Positions 47,791-56,153 of a stretch of DNA of 60,538 nt are shown here, one piece after another. The DNA lies in the NCBI GenBank assembly GCA_044372565.1, contig JBILRP010000006.1, positions 1 through 60,538 of the forward strand, in the 5' to 3' direction. Within the stretch, counting starts at the first letter, position 1. Each line of letters opens with the position of its first letter. Source of the DNA: Bacilli bacterium (lineage in GTDB: Bacteria > Bacillota_I > Bacilli_A > RFN20 > CAG-826). The notes beneath the pieces were generated by a model, which was given only the letters and a program-made list of their open reading frames with translations, was not told the DNA's origin and did no database searches. The position numbers were made by a program, and so were the translations under genes.

Positions 47791-49889
47791 GCGGTTTGAT
47801 ATTCAGGGAACAACAACGTTTGACCGATGGTGTTTGATGCAAGGTCATAACTAATCATTTGTTGATTCGAGAACGTGTGGATAAAGTCATTGATGATCAC
47901 ACCGCGATCCACTTGAACATAACCAGCTGAACTCGTTGGATGTTCGATTTTTTCAATCAATTGAATTGGGGTACTCGAGGTAAAGTCGATGGCAAAGATA
48001 AAGTAATAACTATGATAACTAAAATCATAATAACCTTCTTCACCACGTGAGTCAGGGGTACTATCTGCTTGGATAAATGTTTGTTGATAAGCATTCACGG
48101 CGAAGGCAAAGATACCATGGTCAATCGAGACGGTGATGGCTTTATGATCCCATAATGCTTCGGACCATGCCCATTGCCAAGATAAGCGTTCTGCCTCAGG
48201 AATCCCGTCAAAAATTGCTTCGGTGAGTAGATAGGTTTGCATGACATCACTTTGACCTTCACGAACATCGTACGCAGAAAGTTTCATCCCTTTGAGTTGA
48301 CCCTCTTCATCCGCATCATAACCAAACCCGAGAACATAATCTTCACCCCATGGGTGTTGATACGTATCAAAACCTGGTAAAACAATTTCTTCACGAATCG
48401 AAGGACTGGCTGGATTGGTTAAGTCGATGATGTATAAAGGATCGGTTCTTAAAAAGGTGACCACATAAGCGAGGGGTCCTTGGAATCTTACCGACATGAT
48501 GGATTCATTTGGTTTGCCTAACCCTTCTTCAATCAAACCAGTGATGGCAAACGTTCCGTCGTTTAAATCTTCAAGAATGTAGAGTCGGTTGGTAATCACG
48601 CGCGATTCCCAAGACCACCACCACTCATCTGCGCGATAATCCCAGACGGTATCCGTGGTGGCAATGCGAAACATGCCTTCATACGCGTCTAATGCAAATT
48701 GATTGATGGCAACGCCACGAATGGTTCCAACCGTGGTTAAGGTAAGATCCGCATTGGCAACATCTAAGGCAAACTTAAGGATGGTTGTGGTTTGATAACT
48801 TTGTGGATCTTCCCAAAGATAATTGGACTGGGCTAAATAAAGATGGTTAGCATCGACATATAACTTTTTATAGTCAGGTGTGGTGCCTAAGTAACCAGAG
48901 GCTTGATATTCAATCGTATCAGGATTGGATCGTAAGCGGATGCCAGTGAATGTGGTCATCGCGTAGAAATTATCTTCTTCAACGAAGGCCATGGAAGCAT
49001 AAGGCATATAGGATTTAGGTTCATCGTTTTCAAGGTAATAAGGTCTTAAATCCACAGTGTTATCATAGGAGTAAAAATAATGATGACCAACAAGGTACAA
49101 GGTTTCTCCTATGACGGTTTCACCATTCATGATCGGTACAATTCGGTGATCGATAAATGCAGAGTTGGTATTAAGTGTGTACACCACAGACAACGATTGG
49201 CGGTCAATCAAGACGACTGAACCAGTTGGTTGCCACCATCGAAAATCAGCACAAAAATAAACATCGCCGTTTTCATCTTCAGTGGCACAGCTATTTTGGT
49301 TAATAGAATAGCGATAGCCAATGATGACAAGATAGTCGTCGGTTAAATACATGCTGTCTGTAAAGATGGTGTCGTCTTTGGTTTCTAAGTTGATTGTGGT
49401 CACATACGTAACATCATTATTGGTAGCCACTTGCATGACGCGAATCCGACTGTCCCAACGACTTGCATAATAGATAAACTCGCCATCGGTTTTAATCACA
49501 TCGCCTTCTTTGATACCAGCCACTTGGCTATTGGTATCGACAAAAGAATTTTTTCCATCCGATTGACTTGTGCCCATATCTTCAGCAACCCCAGGAGCTG
49601 GAGTGCCACCCGTGAGTTGCCTGTCTTCTTGAGCAGATTGAAGTAAGCTTCGTAAATGACTTTCATCTTGAACTTGTTGGACCCCGACCGGCAGTAAAGG
49701 CACAGAAACATTTGACCTTGCAGTCACCGTTCCTACCAAGAGTACGGATGTCATCGTTAACCAAGTCACCATCGAAAGTGGTTGAATTTTTGGCTTAACC
49801 TTGGATTGAAAAGGCAAGGCAACCCATATAAATCCAATCAAAAAGCCTAAAAATCCAACAAAAACCATTAAATTTAATAAATTATTCAT
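47787..49889 (-). CDS. Membrane-anchored secreted protein with C-terminal beta-propeller (Beta_propel-type)
   Basis: TNSQVAGIKEGDVIKTDG..IY, NQFALDAYEGMFRIATT, ESIMSVRF...YVVTFLRTDPLYIIDL, PGFDTYQHP. Confidence 0.82.
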   Translation of the reverse strand: MNNLLNLMVFVGFLGFLIGFIWVALPFQSKVKPKIQPLSMVTWLTMTSVLLVGTVTARSNVSVPLLPVGVQQVQDESHLRSLLQSAQEDRQLTGGTPAPGVAEDMGTSQSDGKNSFVDTNSQVAGIKEGDVIKTDGEFIYYASRWDSRIRVMQVATNNDVTYVTTINLETKDDTIFTDSMYLTDDYLVIIGYRYSINQNSCATEDENGDVYFCADFRWWQPTGSVVLIDRQSLSVVYTLNTNSAFIDHRIVPIMNGETVIGETLYLVGHHYFYSYDNTVDLRPYYLENDEPKSYMPYASMAFVEEDNFYAMTTFTGIRLRSNPDTIEYQASGYLGTTPDYKKLYVDANHLYLAQSNYLWEDPQSYQTTTILKFALDVANADLTLTTVGTIRGVAINQFALDAYEGMFRIATTDTVWDYRADEWWWSWESRVITNRLYILEDLNDGTFAITGLIEEGLGKPNESIMSVRFQGPLAYVVTFLRTDPLYIIDLTNPASPSIREEIVLPGFDTYQHPWGEDYVLGFGYDADEEGQLKGMKLSAYDVREGQSDVMQTYLLTEAIFDGIPEAERLSWQWAWSEALWDHKAITVSIDHGIFAFAVNAYQQTFIQADSTPDSRGEEGYYDFSYHSYYFIFAIDFTSSTPIQLIEKIEHPTSSAGYVQVDRGVIINDFIHTFSNQQMISYDLASNTIGQTLLFPEYQTA

Positions 49890-49977
49890 TTTCTTAATTT
49901 ATCCTTTATACCTTATAGACAACATAGTATCCCTTTTCTTTCTCGAAATCGCGATGGAATTAAGTTAAAATAGGAAT

Positions 49978-50190
49978 ATGGCAGTAGCAAATGTTCAATA
50001 TGCCCGGTTATGTGCGTTCTGTAAGTACTGGTATGACCCGACTCATGAACACATGAAACCAAAAAGCCCTGCAGAGGGGTTTTGGGAATACGACCCTCAA
50101 ACGGTGAACGTATGTCAACAATGAGGTCTGAACAAAAGATCGAACGCATCCTGTCCAAAAATTGAACCTAAAATCCACCTTCCAAAATAA
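49978..50190 (+). pseudogene. Small 4-Cys protein ORF (70 codons) with an in-frame TGA at 50122-50124: pseudogene or recoded gene
   Basis: MAVANVQYARLCAFCKYWYDP...FWEYDPQTVNVCQQ*GLNKRSNASCPKIEPKIHLPK; C12,C15,C46,C59; TAAAAT 6 nt before the ATG; absent from the ORF track. Confidence 0.6.
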
Positions 50191-50227
50191 ATTGTTCTCA
50201 ATATAAACAAAAAAGGAAACCCCACCC

Positions 50228-51142
50228 ATGATTTACACGATTACCTTAAACCCAAGTTTAGATTACTATCTAGATTTACCTAAGTTAAAACTTGGAACAT
50301 TGAATCGCGCAACTGATTCTCATGTCGTTGCTGCTGGAAAAGGCATCAACGTTTCCGTCATGCTCAATATCCTTGGCGTGAAATCAACCATTCTTGGTTT
50401 CTTTGGTGGATTTACTGGTGATTACTTACTGAGCCAATTAGGTCGATACCTCAATATTCACCTACGGCCAACGATGGTCAAAGGCACCTCAAGAATTAAC
50501 GTTAAATTAATTCACGACCAAGAAACCGAATTGAATGCGGCAGGTCCAGAAATTAATGGATCCGAATTGAATAATTTATTGAATCAATTAAATACCATCA
50601 CCCCAAAAGATATTGTGGTGATCTCTGGTTCTTCCACGGCCAATGATAAAACAGGCTTGATTGAACAAATTGTCAAATACATCATTCAACGTAAAATTGA
50701 TTTTGTTCTTGATGTTTCTGGGCAAGAATTAAAGAAGCTCATTAAATATAAGCCACTGATTATTAAACCAAACTTATCAGAGTTCCAATTCTTAGCAGAT
50801 ACCGATGCAACCGATATTAAAAAGTTATTCACCCAAGCTAAAAAAGTGGCAGAAATTACTCAAAATAGAGTGCTGCTTTCCTTAGGGGAAAATGGCGCAA
50901 TCTTTGTTGATAAAACCAAGGCTTATCATGTCGAAGCTCCTCGTGTGAAAGTCAAACACACCGTCGGCGCGGGTGATGCATTATTGGCAGGATACATGTC
51001 TCGATTCGAAAAAACCTCTGATCATAAAGCTTCATTAGCGTTTGCCATGGCCCTTGCCGTTAAAAAAGTAGAAGGTTCAGACATTACCAACCTCAATGAA
51101 TTAGAAGCGCTCGCCAATACGATTAAAATCAAATCGCTTTAA
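50228..51142 (+). CDS. 1-phosphofructokinase-family (PfkB/FruK/LacC) hexose kinase
   Basis: MIYTITLNPSLDY, GKGINVS, IKPN..E, TVGAGDA. Confidence 0.9.
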   Translation: MIYTITLNPSLDYYLDLPKLKLGTLNRATDSHVVAAGKGINVSVMLNILGVKSTILGFFGGFTGDYLLSQLGRYLNIHLRPTMVKGTSRINVKLIHDQETELNAAGPEINGSELNNLLNQLNTITPKDIVVISGSSTANDKTGLIEQIVKYIIQRKIDFVLDVSGQELKKLIKYKPLIIKPNLSEFQFLADTDATDIKKLFTQAKKVAEITQNRVLLSLGENGAIFVDKTKAYHVEAPRVKVKHTVGAGDALLAGYMSRFEKTSDHKASLAFAMALAVKKVEGSDITNLNELEALANTIKIKSL

Positions 51143-51144
51143 TC

Positions 51145-52626
51145 ATGAAGCTCAATTATCAACGAACGATCCTCATCGGGCTAGCCTTCCTCAGTGTCCA
51201 AATGTTTTGGGGTTTCTATGAAGCCATCATTTCCAAAATGCTTGTGGACTCTTTTGGATTGAATCCATTTTGGTCTAATTTTGTCATGACCTTTGATAAC
51301 TTACTTGGGCTTTTTTTATTACCGTTCTTTGGTACGTTATCTGATCGTTCAACCTCTAAATTAGGGAAACGTACTCCGTTCATTACGATTGGAATCATCG
51401 TTGCCGCGATCTTTATTGTCGGCGTTGCCGTGGTTGATTTTTATCAACAAAGTGCGGTGGTAGGTGCTGGTATTTTAGAGATTACCCAAACAGGCAATCA
51501 ATATTCATTTGCGATTGCTCAAGAATTAAAAGATCAAATTATCTTGATTGCCAATGCCAACGAACGGGCATTCACCGTCATTGGCGATGTGGTTTATTTC
51601 ACCTCTAAATTAGATGCATCCTTCGTCCGGTATACCTTGGTCTTTGAACAAGTGACCATGATTTCACCCTTGTATTTGATTCTATATATCGCCACCTTAT
51701 TTATTGCTTTAATTTCGATGTCTTATTATCGAACCCCTGCAGTTTCCTTGATGCCTGACATCACCCCTAAACCTTTCCGAAGTGTTGCCAACGCGATCAT
51801 CAATTTAATGGGTGTGCTTGGCTACATTGTTGCCACATTAATTATCAACGCAGCAACCGAAGAATTTACACCTTATGTTCGCGCCTTTATCATGCTTTCT
51901 TTAAGCCTCGTTGCCATGCTTGTCTTGTTTCGATTCTTTGTCAAAGAAGTCGCTTGGGTTAAAGACATGCACCGCATATCGATTGAAAAAGGTTATGAAA
52001 CGGAAGCGGAAGAACAAGATCGCAAAGACAATGTCGTCACCCCATTAAAAAAAGAATATCGTCTTAGTTTTTGGTTGATCATGATATCTGTCTTTTTATG
52101 GTTCTTTAGTTTCAATGCGGTCACCACCAAGTTTACGGATTACGCCAGCAACGTCTTGGAATTGACCAATTATGTATTACCAGTGACGGTTGCCAACGTC
52201 GCAGCCTTGATTGGGTTTTTACCCCTGGCCGCTTTGGCCAATAAAATTGGTCGTCGCAAAACAGTTCTTTTAGGGATTTTGATGTTGGCATCTGGGACAT
52301 TAGCAGGCTCATTTTTAACCGTCAGCACAGCTTGGGTTGTTTATCTCATCATGCCGATTGCAGGTTTAGGGTTTGCTGCGATCAACGTCAATTCCTACCC
52401 CATGATCGTAGAAATGTCTTCTGGCAGTAACATTGGAAAATATACAGGTTACTATTACACCGCGTCGATGGCCGCACAGATATTCACCCCACTTTTATCG
52501 GGAGCGTTGATGACCGCTTTCGGACTAGGATTGTTATTTCCTTATGCAACTTTCTTTGCCTTAGCGAGCTTTGGCACCATGTATTTTGTCCGTCATGGAG
52601 AAGCAAGTAAACTCAAAACCGAGTGA
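51145..52626 (+). CDS. MFS sugar transporter (MalT/SLC45-like) with a loop insertion
   Basis: GTLSDRSTSKLGKRTPF, YRTPAVSLMPDITP, INVNSYPM, GKYTGYYY. Confidence 0.85.
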   Translation: MKLNYQRTILIGLAFLSVQMFWGFYEAIISKMLVDSFGLNPFWSNFVMTFDNLLGLFLLPFFGTLSDRSTSKLGKRTPFITIGIIVAAIFIVGVAVVDFYQQSAVVGAGILEITQTGNQYSFAIAQELKDQIILIANANERAFTVIGDVVYFTSKLDASFVRYTLVFEQVTMISPLYLILYIATLFIALISMSYYRTPAVSLMPDITPKPFRSVANAIINLMGVLGYIVATLIINAATEEFTPYVRAFIMLSLSLVAMLVLFRFFVKEVAWVKDMHRISIEKGYETEAEEQDRKDNVVTPLKKEYRLSFWLIMISVFLWFFSFNAVTTKFTDYASNVLELTNYVLPVTVANVAALIGFLPLAALANKIGRRKTVLLGILMLASGTLAGSFLTVSTAWVVYLIMPIAGLGFAAINVNSYPMIVEMSSGSNIGKYTGYYYTASMAAQIFTPLLSGALMTAFGLGLLFPYATFFALASFGTMYFVRHGEASKLKTE

Positions 52627-52655
52627 TATAATAAGAGCGAATCGAGGTGACCCCT

Positions 52656-53780
52656 ATGATCATTGGTGTCCCAAAAGAAATTAAAAAATTAGAGTATCGT
52701 GTCGGGTTAACGCCCGCTTCTGCAAAAACATACATTCAAGCAGGTCATCGTGTTTTCATCCAACAAGATGCTGGCATAGGATCTGGTTTTTCTAATCAGG
52801 AATATACCCAAGTTGGCTGTACCATCTTAACAACGCTTGCCGATGTGTATCGTCAAGCGGAGATGATCATTAAAGTCAAAGAACCCCTTGAAGAAGAATT
52901 TAATTTACTTAAACCAAACCAAATTTTATATACCTTCTTACATTTGGCAGCCGCCAAACCTTTAACGCTTGCCTTACTTAAAAACAAAGTGACTGCCATT
53001 GCTTATGAAACCATCAAAGATAAGAATGGACGTTTGCCTGTGTTACGACCGATGTCTGAAGTCGCAGGTCGACTTGCGGTTCAAGAAGGGGCAAAATATT
53101 TAGAAAAATCTTTTGGAGGACGTGGCGTTCTCTTGGGTGGGATTCCAGGTGTGGAAGCTGGACACGTGGTGGTCTTAGGTGCCAATGGTTATGCTGGGTT
53201 TAACGCGACTCAAATTGCGTTGGGGATGCAAGCGAACGTCATTGCGATTGATGTTTCTTTCTCCCAAGTGGAAACATTATTGCCAGAGGCTAAGGGACGC
53301 TTGACGATTCTTCCTTCCAATGAAAAGAACATTCTTCAATCGATTCAAAAAGCAGATTTAGTGATTTCAACGGTCCTCATTCCAGGGGATGCGGCACCAA
53401 AATTAATTAAAAAAATACATTTATCCACCATGCCCAAAGGTAGCGTGATTGTCGATGTGGCGATTGACCAAGGTGGTAGCACCGAAACCAGTCACGTGAC
53501 GTATCATGATCAACCTATTTATGAAGTCGATGGGGTGATTCATTATTGTGTGGCGAATATGCCAGGAGCAGTCCCAAGAACCTCAACGATTGGTTTAAAC
53601 CAAGCAACCTTACCTTATGGTTTAGCGATTGCCAATTTAGGTTTTAAACAAGCGATGAAGAATGATGCGGGTCTAGCTAGTGGACTGAATACGTATCAAG
53701 GACAATTAACATTTCCAGCGTTAGCGCAAATCTTTCAGTTACCTTTATTGAAAATTAGCGATGTGCTTTCATCACGTTAA
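52656..53780 (+). CDS. ald: Alanine dehydrogenase
   Basis: MIIGVPKEIK..EYRVGLTP, KVKEP, PMSEVAGR, DVAIDQGG, YCVANMPGAVPRTST; SD GAGGTGA; own TG-A-TATAAT at 52624-52632. Confidence 0.96.
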   Translation: MIIGVPKEIKKLEYRVGLTPASAKTYIQAGHRVFIQQDAGIGSGFSNQEYTQVGCTILTTLADVYRQAEMIIKVKEPLEEEFNLLKPNQILYTFLHLAAAKPLTLALLKNKVTAIAYETIKDKNGRLPVLRPMSEVAGRLAVQEGAKYLEKSFGGRGVLLGGIPGVEAGHVVVLGANGYAGFNATQIALGMQANVIAIDVSFSQVETLLPEAKGRLTILPSNEKNILQSIQKADLVISTVLIPGDAAPKLIKKIHLSTMPKGSVIVDVAIDQGGSTETSHVTYHDQPIYEVDGVIHYCVANMPGAVPRTSTIGLNQATLPYGLAIANLGFKQAMKNDAGLASGLNTYQGQLTFPALAQIFQLPLLKISDVLSSR

Positions 53781-54186
53781 TCATTCTTAACGCTGCATTA
53801 GCACATTCATATCCTTTGTTGGTTCGATCATTTTTTGCTCTTGCTTCTGCTTGAGCTTCATTGTCAGTGGTGAGGACGCCAAAGATCACTGGCTTCATTA
53901 ATTTTAAACCGACATCCATGATCCCTCGTGCCGTTTCTGAACACACATAATCGTAGTGACTCGTATCCCCACGAATCACGGCCCCTAAACATACCACGGC
54001 AGCAGTGAGCGCTCGGGAACCTGCCGTGAATGCGGCAAGGGGAAGTTCAAACGCCCCAGGAACACGGGTAATGATAATATCCTTGTCTGGAAATTTTGCA
54101 TCTTTCAGAGCACGTAATGCGCCTTGAAGTAGTTGTTCAGGGATCGGGTTATTAAATTCAGACACAATGAGATGAATTTTTTTCAT
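53755..54186 (-). CDS. ribH: 6,7-dimethyl-8-ribityllumazine synthase
   Basis: VSEFN, VPGAFELP, LGAVIRGDTSHYDYV, FGVLTTD, NKG. Confidence 0.96.
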   Translation of the reverse strand: MKKIHLIVSEFNNPIPEQLLQGALRALKDAKFPDKDIIITRVPGAFELPLAAFTAGSRALTAAVVCLGAVIRGDTSHYDYVCSETARGIMDVGLKLMKPVIFGVLTTDNEAQAEARAKNDRTNKGYECANAALRMINVMKAHR

Positions 54187-54199
54187 GATGATGACCTCC

Positions 54200-54799
54200 T
54201 TAAGGTTTCATGAGTTGGCTAATGTCTAGGATTGGCATCTTTAATTTTTTTGCCAACTTCAATAAATCTGGTCGTCGTGCCATCTTGCCATTCGGGAGAA
54301 TAATTTCACAAATGACGGCAACGGGGTTGAGTCCTGCAAGTTGCATTAAGGCTAATGACGCTTCGGTATGACCGGGTCTTTCTTTGACACCACCACGTTT
54401 TCCAATCAGAGGAAACATATGACCTGGTCTGACAAAATCTTGTGGTTTTGCGTTGGGGTTCGCTAATAGAATTAAGGTATCCGCACGTTCTTTTGCACTG
54501 ATCCCTGTGGTGTTAGTTTTCGCATCAATCGACACGGTAAAGGCGGTTCGAAACGATTCCGTATTGCTGGTAACCATGAAGGGTAAATCTAATCGTTTGG
54601 CTACCTCTTCGGATACGGGGGCACAAACCAACCCTTTCCCTTGAGTAATTATAAAATTGATGTTTTTTTCCGTAGCAAATTGTGCTGCCATGACAAAATC
54701 GCCTTCGTTTTCACGATTCTGATCATCCACAAGAATGATCATCTTTCCCTTTTGAAGAGACTGTATTGCTTGCTGTAATGTTGAAAATTGTTGGTTCAT
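54200..54799 (-). CDS. ribB: 3,4-dihydroxy-2-butanone-4-phosphate synthase (stand-alone, no GTP cyclohydrolase II domain)
   Basis: DDQNRENEGD, TAFTVSID, TTGISA, RPGHMFPL, GHTEA, CEI; ends at 199 aa. Confidence 0.95.
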   Translation of the reverse strand: MNQQFSTLQQAIQSLQKGKMIILVDDQNRENEGDFVMAAQFATEKNINFIITQGKGLVCAPVSEEVAKRLDLPFMVTSNTESFRTAFTVSIDAKTNTTGISAKERADTLILLANPNAKPQDFVRPGHMFPLIGKRGGVKERPGHTEASLALMQLAGLNPVAVICEIILPNGKMARRPDLLKLAKKLKMPILDISQLMKP

Positions 54800-55383
54800 C
54801 GTTTGCTCAGTTTCTCAATGTATTTGGCAATCATATCGACTTCAATGTTAACTGGATCGCCAATCTTCTTTTGTAGTAACGTGGTGTTGGCTTTGGTGTG
54901 AGGAATAATCCAAACATCAAACTGATCGTGCGTCACCTTGGTTAAGGTTAAAGATATCCCATCAAGGGCAACACTGCCTTTTTCAATCATGTATTTGGTG
55001 AGGGATGTGGGTAATGAAATGGTGACAATGGTGGCAATCCCTTCTTGACGACGTTGTTGAATGGTGCCAATGCCATCGACATGTCCAGAGACTTGATGAC
55101 CGCCATTGCGTTGATTAGGAGCAAGCGCTCGTTCTAAATTAATTCCCGATCCCTCTTTCCATAAAGAGAGTGCAGTTTTGGCAATGGTTTCATGCATGAC
55201 TTCCACTTGATAGGTTCCCCATCCTTTTTTAATCACGGTTAAGCAAATCCCATCATGGGCAATCGAATCCCCAATCTTGGTTCCCTTTAGAATTTTTGCT
55301 GAAGCAACCGTATAGCGAAAACCAGCCTCAAGCGTTTGAATTTTTTGGATGCGTCCAATCGTTTCAATAATTCCTGAAAACAT
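54796..55383 (-). CDS. ribE: Riboflavin synthase (alpha chain)
   Basis: MFSGIIE, GDSIAHDGICLTV, NLERAL, GGHQVSGHVD, KGSVALDGISLT. Confidence 0.96.
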   Translation of the reverse strand: MFSGIIETIGRIQKIQTLEAGFRYTVASAKILKGTKIGDSIAHDGICLTVIKKGWGTYQVEVMHETIAKTALSLWKEGSGINLERALAPNQRNGGHQVSGHVDGIGTIQQRRQEGIATIVTISLPTSLTKYMIEKGSVALDGISLTLTKVTHDQFDVWIIPHTKANTTLLQKKIGDPVNIEVDMIAKYIEKLSKR

Positions 55384-55386
55384 AAT

Positions 55387-55827
55387 TTATTTAAACCTTT
55401 CAAAGTATGGTTGATTTAACGTTCGATTTTCTTCGTCCATCAAACCGGTGACCACATCAATCCCTGCTTGTTGTAATAATCGAACCCCATCACCGTTTTC
55501 AATCGGGTTTGGATCGAGGGATGCGATCACGACTTTTTTAATTCCCTTTCGAATCACGAATTGAGCACAAGATGGAAAATAATCATCATGGGCGCAAGGT
55601 TCTAAGGTGACGTAGAGGGTTGCACCTTTGACATCAAAGTCTTGCTTTTTAAAAGCATCAAATTCAGCATGGAGTCCATATTGTTGTTGATGAAAACCCT
55701 TGGTGATGATCTGTTGGTTTTTAACATAAACCGCACCGACCATGGGGCCATTGCCAACACGATCTTTTCCTAATGCTGCAAGCATGAGTGCTTGACGCAT
55801 GAAATCCACATCTGTTCTTTTTTTCAA
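55387..55827 (-). CDS. ribD: RibD-type pyrimidine deaminase domain only (no reductase domain)
   Basis: FMRQAL, PMVG, HAE, LYVTLEPC-x8-C, DPNP; likely TTG start at 55827 just after the riboswitch terminator (ATG 55800 is an alternative); stops after ~146 aa. Confidence 0.8.
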   Translation of the reverse strand: MKKRTDVDFMRQALMLAALGKDRVGNGPMVGAVYVKNQQIITKGFHQQQYGLHAEFDAFKKQDFDVKGATLYVTLEPCAHDDYFPSCAQFVIRKGIKKVVIASLDPNPIENGDGVRLLQQAGIDVVTGLMDEENRTLNQPYFERFK

Positions 55828-55828
55828 T

Positions 55829-55862
55829 AAAAAACCCTGACCTTTGTTGGTAAGTTCAGGGT
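55829..55862 (-). terminator. FMN riboswitch expression-platform terminator
   Basis: Minus strand ACCCTGA-ACTTACCAACAAAGG-TCAGGGT-TTTTT. Confidence 0.8.
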
Positions 55863-55880
55863 GTAGCAAGAAAAAAGTAA

Positions 55881-55988
55881 ATCTTCTTTCATCCAGACTT
55901 TACGGTCGCCACTTGAATTGCACAAGTTCCTGCATTGCTGCTCGCGGGGTTTACCGCCGATTGGGAATTGCACCCTACCCTGAAGATA
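55881..55988 (-). ncRNA. FMN riboswitch (RFN element)
   Basis: TATCTTCAGGGTAGGGTGCAATTCCCAATCGGCGGTAAACCCCGCGAG...GCGACCGTAAAGTCTGGATGAAAGAAGAT upstream of the rib operon; TATAAT at 55996-56001. Confidence 0.95.
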
Positions 55989-56153
55989 CAAAGGTATTAT
56001 AAAGAAAATATGTCTAAAAATATACGAAAGTGATTTGAAATTGAAACTTTAGCAATTTACGCGCTTTTAAGTTAAAATTATAAAGGATGTGGGGGCACAT
56101 ACATTGGCTACCCTCATTGACTATTCAAACAATCATTTCCTATGGGAGGACCT

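Noticed and set aside
50122-50145. Selenocysteine call for the in-frame TGA
   Set aside because: The hairpin is short and too near the UGA for a typical SECIS, the TGA is not at an obvious Cys-motif position, and no sel genes are in the window; not supportable without a search
49913-50229. Minus-strand ORFs 49913-50158 and 50008-50229
   Set aside because: No RBS or recognisable motifs; the plus-strand Cys4 frame explains the region better
55828-55869. ORF-track N-terminus of ribD (MLHPELTNKGQGFL)
   Set aside because: This is the riboswitch terminator hairpin
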